From NCBI RefSeq assembly GCF_048593235.1, contig NC_133617.1, positions 71,446,937 through 71,510,936 of the forward strand: 64,000 bases of DNA. The letters run 5' to 3'. A program made the translations under genes and the position numbers. Origin of the DNA: Sminthopsis crassicaudata (lineage: Eukaryota). Shown one piece after another: positions 40,411-52,200 of this stretch; position 1 is the stretch's first letter; every line of letters begins with the position of its first letter. The notes below the pieces were generated by a model that saw only the letters and a list, made by a program, of their open reading frames with translations, did not search any database and was not told the origin of the DNA.

Positions 40411-41589
40411 AGAATTGGCTGTCATCATTTTGAATCTGAGTTCTTGGTGGAGTGGGGGGAGGCGGGGATGTCAGGACAGGAGAGTCTGAGATTGGAGGTG
40501 GGCTAGAGAGTTTTGGGGGTGCTGAAATTAATGGGAACTCCTAAAACAGGGGATTTAGAGTTTCTGGGAAATCTTGGAGAGTTAGGATTAGGAGAATCTG
40601 GATTGAGAGCCCCGGGAGCTCAGGATAGAAGTCTCTTGGAAAATGTTGAGGTTCCGAGTCCCTGATTCGGCGAAATAGAGACTGGTGGTAGGAAGACTGT
40701 GCTTGAAGCCCTGTAGGTACCTGTGGAACAGGCCTGTCAATTGCAGGAGCCAGGATTACCCGAGGCTTCAGATTGGGAAGACAGATGAAGTAAGTAGTGG
40801 GGGTGGGAGTGGGATGAGGGGTTAGGTTCTGGGGACAGGCAGCTCCCTGCTGCGGGGTAAGTGGACTGGAAGGATCGCTCAGCACATCAGGACTCAAAAG
40901 CTGCGACTGCAGGAGCACCATGCTGGTCCCAAAGTCACTGCGCAGGAGCCCCGCCCCTGCAGCTGTACCAGCCAATCCGAGTCGAAGGACACGCCTCTCC
41001 TATGTGGAGCAGGGATACCCTTGGCTCCCCAGGGAGCTCCCAGTGCTGACCTTGGCGTCTCGCTCTCAGGAATCCTGGCTCCCTGCCATGGCTACCCTTC
41101 TTGAGGAGTTAGACTGACTGGAATAAACTCAGGGGTCCAAGAAGTGGCTAGGGCACCTCCCGGTCCCTTCTTAGCCTGGGGCATCTGACAGATTAGAAAA
41201 ACTGAGCTTTGCATCCGGGAGACTGAAAGGATTTGGGGCTCTCAGAGGTTAGGAGTCCCATCCTCAGAGGTTGTGGGATGAAGGAGAAGGACAGGAGGAA
41301 GGTATTTGGGGGAAGGTAAGCACTAAAAATTGGGAAGATCAGGAAAGGCTTTATGTAGATAATGGCTGAATTTTAACTAGGGATTCCAAGACATAATGGT
41401 GAAAAGGGAGATCATTCCCAGCATGAGTTAACAACCAGTGCAAAGACAAGGATATGGGAGAGAACATCTGGGACATCTGGGAGGCCTGTATGATCTCGAG
41501 GAAGTAGAGAGAAGGTTGAGAGGAACCTGTTTGTAAAGTTAATTAACTTATTGGGTTCCTATTTTCTCTGCCAGAAGAATAACTTTTGT

Positions 41590-41740
41590 AGTAGATGCAG
41601 TATCTAGAAAGGAACTGATAAGCAAGGAGATAATGAGAGCTCCTAGTTCAATCTGATGGCCTGATAAACTACATGTTTGGGTCCTGAAAGAATTGTCAGA
41701 TGTGATGGCTAAGCCTCTATTAGTAATTTCTAGAATGTAA
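41590..41740 (+). mobile_element. L3/CR1 LINE ORF2 remnant
   Basis: gatggcctgataaactacatgtttgggtcctgaaagaattgtcagatgtgatggctaagcc resembles the CR1/L3 motif GPDELHPRVLKELADVIAEPL. Confidence 0.65.
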
Positions 41741-43164
41741 CAATGGGACTACTTCTCTAACTCCCACTTGAACTGAAAAGTCTGGTCCCTCAGACTATTC
41801 TTCACAAGATTCTGGGCACATTAGAAATCCTAGAGTTTCTAACACAGTTGATTCTGAGCCCCCACCAGCATATGTCACATTTATGATTAGCCAGTATTCT
41901 CAATTACATTTTAGCAAGGGTATTTACTTAAAAAAAAAAAAATGCATAGTAAAAACAGTTGGTAAAAATCTTTCTCCTCAAATGGAACACCCTTCTTTTG
42001 CATATACAAGGCCTTTGGGACAGTGAGCTCAAATTTAAAGAGTACATTGTGGTGAGGCACATAGTAATTAATGGAAGTTTTTTCTTCAGAGATCCCTCGT
42101 GAAATTCCTAGTAGGGTGGTTTATAGTAGAATAGTTCAGTTTACCAGTGTGTTGGCTCTTTGCAGGGCAATCTCTTTTAGAAAGGCTAATAGGCTATCAG
42201 GTTGGGCCAATTTGCTGTTGGGTAAGAATCTGCCAGTTGCTACTGAGCCAGGCTGAATCCTCTGTTCTTCAAGACCTCCATTTTGAGTTTCCATGGCCCA
42301 GATCCCAGATTCTAAATTCCCATGATTTCCCAGGAACTCTTTAATCCTTTTTTTAGTGTTCTTACTAATCTCCCTGTGCCAGGAACTCCTCTGCTGGGTC
42401 TGGCCTCTTCATTATTGCTGTACTGTCTCCTCCAGTTCTGCTCAGGTGCCAAGGGAGAGGAAAGCACAAGCTTTTAGTTTGTAGATATTCAAGAACACTT
42501 AATGTTTACAACATCTTTACCTGGATAGCTCCACTTCAAGCCTAATACCACATCATCTTGACTCCCATACAAATACTAATAATCATTTTGTGACTCCCAC
42601 ACTTATTATGTATCTAGCTCTATTGGACACTGTTGCCAACTCTTAATAACTGGTGAAATTTTTGATGGAACTTCAAGATTTCCCTAATCCTGGAGTCCTG
42701 GATGTGGGAAAAAGAGAATGAATCTTTTCAATTTTATTTTTTTTTTATTTTTATTTTTTTACTTTGTTCTATTTTCTGCCCCCTCATTGACCTGCAATCA
42801 GTCTGTGAAACTCCGAATTGACTTGCTGTTTTATACATAGGTCCAGAGGCACTTTTGATCACTTCATGCAAGCATAATTTATTTCCCATGTGGCCTCATT
42901 GCCTTTCATCAAATGGCCAAAGTCCCATGATCCTTTCAAAATGATAAAGGGCTTGTCCACAGACATTTTCATAAAATTTAGGAAAATTCCTTTGCATTTA
43001 GGGTACTTCATTTAGTGAATAATTCATTGTTTGGGGTCAAAATGTCAAAATAAATCATCTTTCTTCTAAAGATCTCTCCTACTCAACTTCCATGTGATTG
43101 TTGAAGACAGTACCATACCCCTCCCCTCCCCCCAATAACTCCTCACTAAGTAGTAGTTAAAATA

Positions 43165-43380
43165 TTGATATGGAGGAGGGATTGGGCTAGTTTGGCTTGT
43201 CTCCAGAGGACAGGACCAGAAGCAACTTACAAAGAAGATAATTTGGATTGTGGCAGGAAAAACTTTCTAATGCTTTAAATTATATAAAAGAGGGATGGGC
43301 ACCACAGAGGTGGTGTTTTTCTTTTCCCTGGCAGTCTTCATGCAGAGGCTGAAGGTGGTAGGAAAGAACATATAGAAAAT
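43165..43380 (+). mobile_element. L3/CR1 3' end remnant
   Basis: gagggattggg...ccagagg...aggaaaaactttctaa...gtcttcatgcagaggctg is typical of the L3 3' region; a similar piece lies at about 47575-47830. Confidence 0.6.
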
Positions 43381-43534
43381 AAATTGTGGAAATGGAAAGG
43401 ACAACTGAAAAATGGAAATAATGCCCGTAGTACTTACTCTTACAGCTGTTGCTTGGATGAAAAAATGGTTTGTATAGAAACTCTTTTGCAATCATATTTC
43501 AACTTCTGGTATTAGTATTTCCCATCTCTAAAAA

Positions 43535-44185
43535 ATGAGAATGGGATGTGCAAAAATGTGGCAGCCCTTTTTGTAGTGGCTAGAAACTGGAAACTGAGTG
43601 GATGCCCATCAATTGGAGAATGACTGAATAAGTTATAGTATATGAATGTGATGGAATATTATTGTTCTGTAAGAAATGACCAGCAGGATGATTTCAGAAA
43701 GGCCTGGAGAGACTGAATGAACTGATGCTGAGTGAAATGAGCAGAACCAGGAGATCATTGTATACCTCAACAACAGTACTATATGAGGATGTATTCTGAT
43801 GGAGGTGACTCTTCTCAACAATGAGGGATTCAGCCAGTTCCAAAGATTTCATGAAGATGAGAGACATCTACACCCAGAGAGAAGTCTGTGTGTGGATCAC
43901 AACCTAACATTTTCACTTCTTTTGTTGTTTGCTTAAATTGTATTTTCTTTCTCATTTTTTTCCTTTTTCATCTGATTTTTTCTTGTGCAGCAAGATAATT
44001 GTATAAATATGTATGCCTGTATTGGATTTGCATATATTTTTAACATATATTGAATTACTTGCCCTCTAGGGGAGGAGATGGGGGACACAAGGCAGGGAAT
44101 TGGGACACAAGGTTTTGCAAGGGACACTGGTGAAAAGTTATTCTTGCCTATGTTTTGAAAATAAAAAGCTTCAATAAAAAAGAAG
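43535..44185 (+). mobile_element. 5'-truncated L1 3' end
   Basis: ORF2 C-terminal sequence (gcagccctttttgtagtggctagaaactgg), 3' UTR, ending aataaaaagcttcaataaaaaa. Confidence 0.88.
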
Positions 44186-44289
44186 AGGGTGAAGAATCTA
44201 AGGTGACTTAGGGTTCTGAATCCTATGAAACATCAACTCATTTTGACAACTCGTGGACTCAGTTTCCTCAATTGTAAAATGGAAGAAGG

Positions 44290-45250
44290 TAAGGCTGAAG
44301 TTCTCGTGTTCTCACCGGATCCACCCTGGGCTGGGCTGGGGTAGTTCCTAGTCCATTGGCATTAACGAACCGGGAAAGAAGCTCGCTTATCACTATGCGG
44401 CCTCCTCGTGCCCTACCCTCCTTTCTCGGGATTCGATGAATAAATGTTTACTCATTTCGCAGATGAGCAAACTCTAGGCTAACGAACCTGCGCAAACAGC
44501 AGGGATAGGAGCCCCTATGTAAGCTAAGAATGAGTGAAGAGGTAGGGGGCGTGTCCTTAACTATGGTGGGTGGGAACTTAAAATGACGTCTTTCCATTAG
44601 TTCCCCATCCCGAAGATTTCCTCTGAGAAAGCCCGACAACCTATGACCCGGAAGCTATACTGGCCAACATGGCTGCACCCAGCAATGCTGACAAGTAGAC
44701 CCGGAGACAGCTGAGAGTTGCGGTAGGAAGGAATTACCGTCGCGCCGCTCGAGAACTAGGCCGGGCTCTGGCCTCTGGCTCCGTGTCCGGCCTCCAAGCG
44801 CGTTGTGCCACAGGTCTGCGGACATCGTGACCTTTTCCCCTTGAATTGTGTTGGGAAGGGGAGGAGCAGGGCGACTTGAGCCCCGCCTACTGTGTGTTTG
44901 TGTGTACTGTGCGTGAATGTATTCGTGCGAATTGCTGAGTGTGCTTATGAGTGTGTAAGTGCGACCCTCCACCTCCCTCCTTTCACTCACCACACCACCC
45001 GCCCCCGCCCCAAACCCTGCCCCCAGGCAAGGAAGAGAGAGACCCGATTCTGTCCCCGGACTCCGGGACCTGAGGAGGAGGGACCCCGCCTGAGCCAGGG
45101 GACATCCGCGTGCCTTAGTTAGCACACAGTTGCTGGGGACCATGTGAGGATTGCCTCCTGGGGGCGCTGTGGCGGCTCTCAGAGATGCGCTAGTTAGTGC
45201 ATAGGTGCTCACTAAGTGCTCCTTGTGTAACAAGCACTACGCAGGCCCAC
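44290..45250 (+). promoter_or_regulatory. ECSIT: ECSIT CpG-rich promoter and non-coding first exon
   Basis: CpG-rich; CCGGAAG near 44648; about 1.3 kb upstream of the first coding exon. The exon 1 boundary is unresolved. Confidence 0.7.
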
Positions 45251-46071
45251 GGGGGTGCAAAGAAAAGCAAAAGGCGGCCTTGCCGGCGTGGAACACACAT
45301 TCAAGTGTGGGGGTCCACACAAAGTTAATTAGGTGCCCATCAGATCCCTACAGAGTAACTGGAAGGGTCTCAGAGGGAAAGACCTATTGCAGAAGAGGAC
45401 TTTGAGTGAATCTTGGCGGAAGCCACGAAATGAAGTGGCGGAAAAAGCATTTTAGGCCTGTTAAGTAGCCCGAGTGCCCTGTTGGAGAAATGGCGGAGTC
45501 CGGTGTAGCTGGGTCAGAGACACAAAAAGCTGAGGAGGCACCCAGCTAAGAGAAGCTTTGAATATCTGACACTGGAGATAGCAGGAAGCCTGGGAAACCT
45601 CCTTACCCGAAGAGTTGGGTGGGGGTGTGGTCTGGTCGGACCTGCTCTTTATGAAGTTCCCTTTGACAGTTAATAGAGGATGGATGGGGTTCTTGAAAGA
45701 CTTGAATCAGGACCCCGGTTAGAAAGTTATTGTAGTAGTCCAGGCTTAAAACTGTAAGAACCTTAAAATGATGTAATACAGGGCAATTGGAGGTAAAGGG
45801 ATACAACATATGGGGGAGATGCTGTGAACTATAAAATAAGATTTAGCAGTTTATTGGAGATGTTGGGTTAGAGGGGACCAAGGAATACACCTAAGTTGGG
45901 AGTCTAGGTTAGTGAGATGGATGAACCTTTGACATTCTCTTAGTTCTGTAGTGGGTGTGAGGGTTCAGAGAGGTTTCCGAGGCCATCCTCTGGGCCAGCT
46001 AACCATATATCCTTTCCTTGGTTAGGCAGTTGTCTGTTTGCCATTACTTCCTGACCAGGGCCAGCAGCAAG

Positions 46072-49000
46072 ATGAACTGCATACGGAGGAGCATACTAGC
46101 CTGGGATCACTCCGTGGGACAGCACTTCCTTTCCAGAGTTGCTCCAAGGCACAACCCTTGGCAGCCTGAAGGAAACTGCCTTTTACAGGTAGCAGAGATG
46201 GGGTAGGAGAAGCATCACCTACATGTCTAACTTTGGGCAGGCTATTTAACCTTTCTTGGCCTCCATACCATCCTTTTACAGTTGAGAAAAACATCATCAT
46301 TTCCAGTTTTAAGTCCTATTGGCCAGAGTAGAAAGGGGGAACAGGAGGCGGCACCCAGTTTCCTTTGGCTGTGCCCCATTTACTTGTCATTCCTCTAAAA
46401 TGGAATCTTAGTAATCTTCACAAGGGCTATTCAATTTTTGTGCCATTCCTGGCTAGCATACCCTGTTGAATATTTAACAGCTTCTCAGGCCATGTGTACT
46501 CAAAGCCTGGGACAAATTTGGAATAGGAATCTGAAATAAGTGGAGAGAAACAAAATTGCCCTAGGGGGGGAAAGGACAGGACTTTGTGTTGAAGACAGAA
46601 AATTCTTTCCTTAATACAGATATTGGGTATTGTGGAGAAGAAGCGAGAGCTAATAGATATATTAGGAATCGCTGGCTAAATTTGACAATGGTTTGGATAT
46701 GTTGAGTGAGAGAGAATAGAGTAAGTTGACACTTAAAAATTGGGAATCTAGGTTAATGGGACTTTATAATACTATTAAAAAATTTTAGAGTCTTGGGATT
46801 TCAAAGTGGGGAAGAAGGAGTTTTTTCCTGAGCCATCCAGACCCCTCTGTAGATAACAGGCCCCAGGCCAAGTGTTCAAATCAAAGAACTTTGGGAAAGG
46901 AACAAGGTTCCTTCTAAGAGATCTCACCCTATGGAGGTAGGATAAACAGACTTCCTGGTGGGCAAGGGTCTCAAATCCCTGTTCTGATTCTTGTTGACCC
47001 ACAGGCCCTCTCCCAGACCCTAAGGTGCTTCCACAACAGTGCAAAGAGACTAACCTCAGATTCTGAGCCAGTCCCTATGGTGAGGCCCCCTGCAGTGTCT
47101 ACGAAGGCCTTGGAGCCATATGAGGACTTCTTTGAGCAAGCTACTGGTGGACAGCGAGATAAGACGGGATTTTCAAGGGCAGTCAAGGCCTTTGCCCAGC
47201 GGGATGTACGAAAGCGGGGCCATGTTGACTTTATCTACTTGGCTCTGAGAAAGATGCCAGAGTACGGGGTGGAGTGTGACCTGGCTATCTATAACCTCCT
47301 GCTGGACATTTTCCCCAAGGAGATATTTGTACCTCGAAACATAGTGCAGGAAATCTTCAACCATTACCCCCGTCAGCAGGAGTGTGGCATAAAAGTGTTA
47401 GATCAGATGGAAAATTATGGTAAGAGGAAGGAGTCTGAGGATCCCTCCCCACTCCCAGCAATGCTATTAGCCAGTGTGTAATGGGATTAGATGGGGTTCA
47501 GTGAAATGGGGGTGATCCCAACTGAGAAGAATGAAGAAAAGGTTTTTTGAGGGGTAGGGAGATGAATGTTCTATATGCAAGGTTTCAAAGGGCAGTCATG
47601 TGGCAGAGAGCTTACCCTCATGCTGTTTGGCCTCAGAAGATGGAGGAACAAATTGGGAAGGGGCTGGGCAGACTGATGTTTTACCAAGGCAAAGACTAGC
47701 TTTGGTAGAAGAGATTTAAACTTTAGGTCAGGAAAGTGTCATTCACAACCAGAGCTGTCCAGAAATGAAAAGAACTACCACGAGATATAATTCCCTATCA
47801 TAGATCTTTAGGAGGAGGTTAGATAATTATATGGCAAGGATAGAATAGAACTCAGATTCTTAACCTAGATTCTTTGAACTTTTTAAATATTTTGATAACT
47901 GGTTTTCTTTGTAATTGTATGAATGTAGTTTTATGCATTTAAAAACATTATTTTGAGAAGGGGGCCTTAGTTTCACCAGATTTCTAAAAGGAGTGATTCC
48001 CCCAACAAAATTTAAGAAACTCATTTATAGGGGGATTCTTATTTAGGCACAGATTGGACTAGATCTCTTCTGAGGCCCTTTCTGAATCTGAAATTCTTAT
48101 TCTGTTCTTCCAAAGAAGGGCATGGGGAGGAAACTCCCTGCTTAACTTGGAAGATACTACCCTATGTAGGGTAATTCACTTCTGATCCATATATGCTTCT
48201 CTGTGTGCCTTTGCTTTTCTCTGTTTTTCTGCTTCTTTCTCTTCTGGCCCAGTACAGGGGTCATGCCAAACAAAGAAACCGAGTTTCTGCTGCTACAAAT
48301 TTTTGGACGAAAAAGTCACCCTATGCTCAAATATCTTCGCCTGACATACTGGTTCCCCCGATTCAAGAATATCAATCCCTTCCCGGTGCCGAAACCACTT
48401 CCCAAAGACCCCGTTGACCTGGCCCGGCATGGTTTGGAGCGTATTGCAGCTGACTTGAGTGCCAGAGTCACTGTGTACCAGGTAGCACCCAGACCACTCC
48501 ATTTTCCCAGCTATCACTGTGGGTCCTGTTTTTCTTTTTCCGCCCTTATGGTCTCTGTCTCTGAGACAAAGTGCCAGGACTTTTTCCTTTGATGATCCCA
48601 TTGTCCTTGTATGTTTCCTTTGGACTCTGTCTCTCGGGGTGGTTAGGGGATGAACATGGGTGGGGTGGGAAGGAACTGGGTACCTTGTACTCTTTTCATT
48701 TTTCTGTCTGTAGATGCCTGGGCCAGAAGATCTTGGAGCTGATCCATCACAGCCTCACATTGTGGGTAGGTCTTGTGCTCATTGGGTATATAGCATATCA
48801 CCAATCTGCTATGGCCACAGATAAAGTGAGGTTAGACAGGAGAAGAGTATCTGAAGACACTGAAGGGAGAGATTTCAAAGGGCTCAGGGAGCCCTCAGAG
48901 CTGGTATAAGATAAGATGGTGCCCATTTCCTCATCTTTTTTTGTACTTGAAGATGCAAACTGAGATGAATTCTGGAGAAAAACCAGAGAGAGATAAGCAA

Positions 49001-50463
49001 GTGAAGTTGGAATTAGCTTCAGGGTCTCTCGGGGTCTTTGCATAAGATGACAGACAAAACTCGGTGCTTCATTTTATGGAGGTGGAAAGGATATTGGAGA
49101 TAAAGTATAATTTTTCATTTTATATCTGGACCCCTAAAAGACACTATGGGTGGGGTGGATGGAAGTCACCTGCTAGAAATAGCACTAGAATGGATATGTG
49201 CATTTCTCTCCCCAAATCAGGGATCCAGAGTCCTGACCAGCAGGCTGCCTTGGCTCAGCACAACCCTGCTAGGCCTATTTTTGTTGAGGGACCCTTCCCA
49301 TTGTGGCTTCGAGACCAGTGTCTTTACTACCATGTGCTTCGGGCTGACCTGCTACCTCCTGAGGAGAGAGTGAGAGGAGGAACTTTCAGGAGGAGGGACG
49401 GGGGTGCCCAGGGCTGTTAGCAGAAAAGGGGTCTGGCAAGGAGGCACTGAGCCTAGTGCTGGTAACACCCGGTGGTTCTGACAGTTGTGCTGAAAACCCT
49501 GGTTGGGGTGGGTGACACCACTGAGTGTTTGGCTTTAATCTGAACCTCATGGATACTGCCTCCAGCAGGAAGAAAAGGAGATCGATCCAGAGTGTAACTT
49601 CTATTACCCCATGCAGCTGGACTTGGATTTGGAGCGAGGACCCTGGGACGACTATGAGTTTGATGTGGATGAAGGTATTGGGTTCCTCTGCGCAGCCCTA
49701 GGGCGGACCCCTCCACTGTCCTTTGTGTTTCAGGCGGAAGTCCCTTGGCATTGTCTTTCCCTCCCTGGGACTACTTTAAGCCCAGAGATCAGCACTGGCC
49801 TCACACCTGAAGAACTAATCTTACTGGGGAGGGGAGGCGAGGCGAGGCGAGGCGAGGCGGGCTAGAAAAGAGGCAGGTTTCTGAGCTGCTGCTGGAGTGA
49901 GCTCTAAGGCTGCTTGTCCAGCGGCAGAAGGGAAGGGAGCAATCCAGGAGGTGAGGGGCGTCAGGCCCGGTGGCAGGGGTCAGGAGTATATTATGGGCAG
50001 CCCTCCTGGAGCCCCCAGCCCAGAGTTCCCATCTGTTCCCATAGTGGAGGAAGGCCCCGTATTTGCCATGTGTATGGCTGGAGCCCACGACCAAGCCACA
50101 CTTGCCAAGTGGATCCAGGGCTTGCAGATCACCAACCCAGCCCTGGCACGGATCCCAGTGGTCTTCCGTCTGGGAGTGATGGGAGGAGAACTCCAGCTTG
50201 CCGAGCTTCAGGAGAGCCAGGAGCAGCACAGCCAGGAGCAAGGGGGGGGAGGAGGAGCCCTCCGGAGCCCCGCGGGGACAGCGGGGTCAGAGCGGAGCCT
50301 TTGCCTGAAGCCCCGAGACTGGCCACCAGTGCCCTGTTCACCTGCAGTGCAGTCTGGGCGGACTGGGCGCGCTGAGACTGGGCTGGAAGCTTCAGACCTG
50401 GGGGAGAAAGGCGCTGTGGCAGAGCTGCTCTCCCCTCCCCCCGGAGCAGGGCGCTGGGATTAA
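46072..50463 (+). CDS. ECSIT: ECSIT (Toll-pathway adaptor and mitochondrial complex I assembly factor); 493 aa as read, about 441 aa if one G at 50242-50249 is spurious
   Basis: join(46072-46188, 47005-47419, 48258-48481, 48714-48765, 49221-49369, 49569-49674, 50045-50463), all GT-AG and in frame. Conserved blocks: [75 protein letters not shown]. The first coding exon is less certain. Confidence 0.95.
49834..49858. repeat. (GAGGC)5 pentamer repeat in the last ECSIT intron
   Basis: Read directly from the sequence. Confidence 0.9.
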
Positions 50464-50496
50464 CGCTGCGGAGCAGTTTGTCTTTTATTACCAGCA

Positions 50497-50502
50497 AATA
50501 AA
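50497..50502 (+). terminator. ECSIT: ECSIT polyadenylation signal
   Basis: AATAAA 33 nt after the as-read stop codon. Confidence 0.75.
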
Positions 50503-50939
50503 GTGTCATCCTCGGGGATTCGGCCTGCTCTGGTTTCTGTGGTGGCCTCGGGCCTGGGGCACTGCCCTTTAGGGGTGAACACAACACTCCCCCTCCCCCC
50601 ACCAGAACACAGGTGAGTTCTGACCGAAGCCAGCCACTGATCCTGGGGGGGAGGGGGAGGAAAGATACCCTCCCCAAGAGATGGCATGCCCTAAGAGAGG
50701 ATGCCGGGCCACAGTCCTTGTGCCACTCGGTACCAAAACGTCCTCTGTCTGAGGGCCAGGAGGCAGCGAACGGACTAAATAATCTGCTAGTTCTGTTCCA
50801 GCCCCGAATTTTGTCACCTCCTTGCCAGGGGCTGGCCCACAGGCTGGCAGCACCTCCCCAGTGGCAGCGGGCGACCTTGGGCATTTAGTTCACTCAGCCT
50901 CAACGAGTCTCATACCGATCTCCCCCTTTCTAACCTTCC

Positions 50940-52200
50940 CTTCTTCGGGAAGATTCTGAGTCCACGCTTGGGTCGGCGAAGGGGGCGGGACTCGCGCAGG
51001 CGCACTCGACGCGTCGGGGCTCTTTTTCGCGAGCGCCGGGTTAAATTTTTCCCGGCGGGCGCGGATGATCGTCGCCACTTCCGGTCGGGCTCCTAACAAC
51101 GGGAGAGGCTGTAACCAGGGAGGGGGGGGGATGGCGGAGCGGACGCCGGAGCCCGAGGCCGAGGCCGAAACGGAGACTGGAGCCGAGGGCGAGGGCAGCG
51201 GGGAAGCGGCAACCGAGGAGGGCGCGGCGGGCCGTAAGGCCCGGGGCAGGCCGCGCCTCACCGAGTCTGACCGGGTGCGGCNNNNNNNNNNNNNNNNNNN
51301 NNNNNNNNNNNNNNNNNNNNNNNNNNNNNNNNNNNNNNNNNNNNNNNNNNNNNNNNNNNNNNNNNNNNNNNNNNNNNNNNNNNNNNNNNNNNNNNNNNNN
51401 NNNNNNNNNNNNNNNNNNNNNCAGCGCAGCGGACGCCACGGGTGAGGCCCGGCCCCCTCCCCCGGACCAGCCCGCAGCGGACCGCCGGGGCGCACGCAGG
51501 AGGGAGGCCGGGGGAGGAGCGGGCCGGAGCCCGCGGGGTTCCGGGAGTCTTGTGCAGGAGTGCAGTGGAGCGGGCCCAGCCTCGGAGGGATGTGGGGAGG
51601 GAGGGCGAGGCAGCTAGGACTCACGAAGCGCCTGGTACGTGCCGGGCACTGGGCGGAGGGCGGAGCGCGGGGACGCAGAGAGGGGCCTCGCGTGGTGGGC
51701 AGGCTGCGCGCACACCCGGGAGGGGCAGGGAAGGCTTTGGCCGGCACGCTTTCTCGTCGCCCCTGTGACAGACAGCCGGGGGGGGGGGGGGGCGGCTTCG
51801 GGAGCCCTCGGCTCTGCCTCCGGAGGGGGAGGGTCGGGAGAGAAGCGGACTTGTCCGGGCGGACTCCGTCCTGTCCTGTCAGACTCCCGGAGCGGAGCTG
51901 GAGTAAGGGCAGTTAGAGGGCTGGCGGGCACAGGGGGATCTTGCCTGCACTGAGCGGCCTCGAGAGTGCTGGAGCCCCTGGCCTTGGAGGCTTTCCAGGA
52001 AATAGCCCGGCACGGCACGTAGTAGGTGTTTAACGAGGGCTTACTGAGCTGAGGAGGCGACTTCTGAGGGCCCGAGGCCGCGCAGCGGGAGGTAACGGTG
52101 TAAAGCGCCTCTCAAACGCTGGCCGGGTGCAGATGTCGCCTGTTACTGTCCTGACGGAGCCCCAGTACTGGGGGCAGCAGTGACTCCTGCAGGGAAGCGG
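50940..52200 (+). promoter_or_regulatory. ZNF653: ZNF653 CpG island and promoter
   Basis: Very CpG-dense; GC box, NRF1-like GCGCAGGCGCA 50994-51004, ETS ACTTCCGG 51077-51084. Confidence 0.88.

Noticed and set aside
49897-50044. In-frame open stretch upstream of the last ECSIT exon
   Set aside because: It is intronic; retaining the 370-nt intron hits a stop at 49863-49865.
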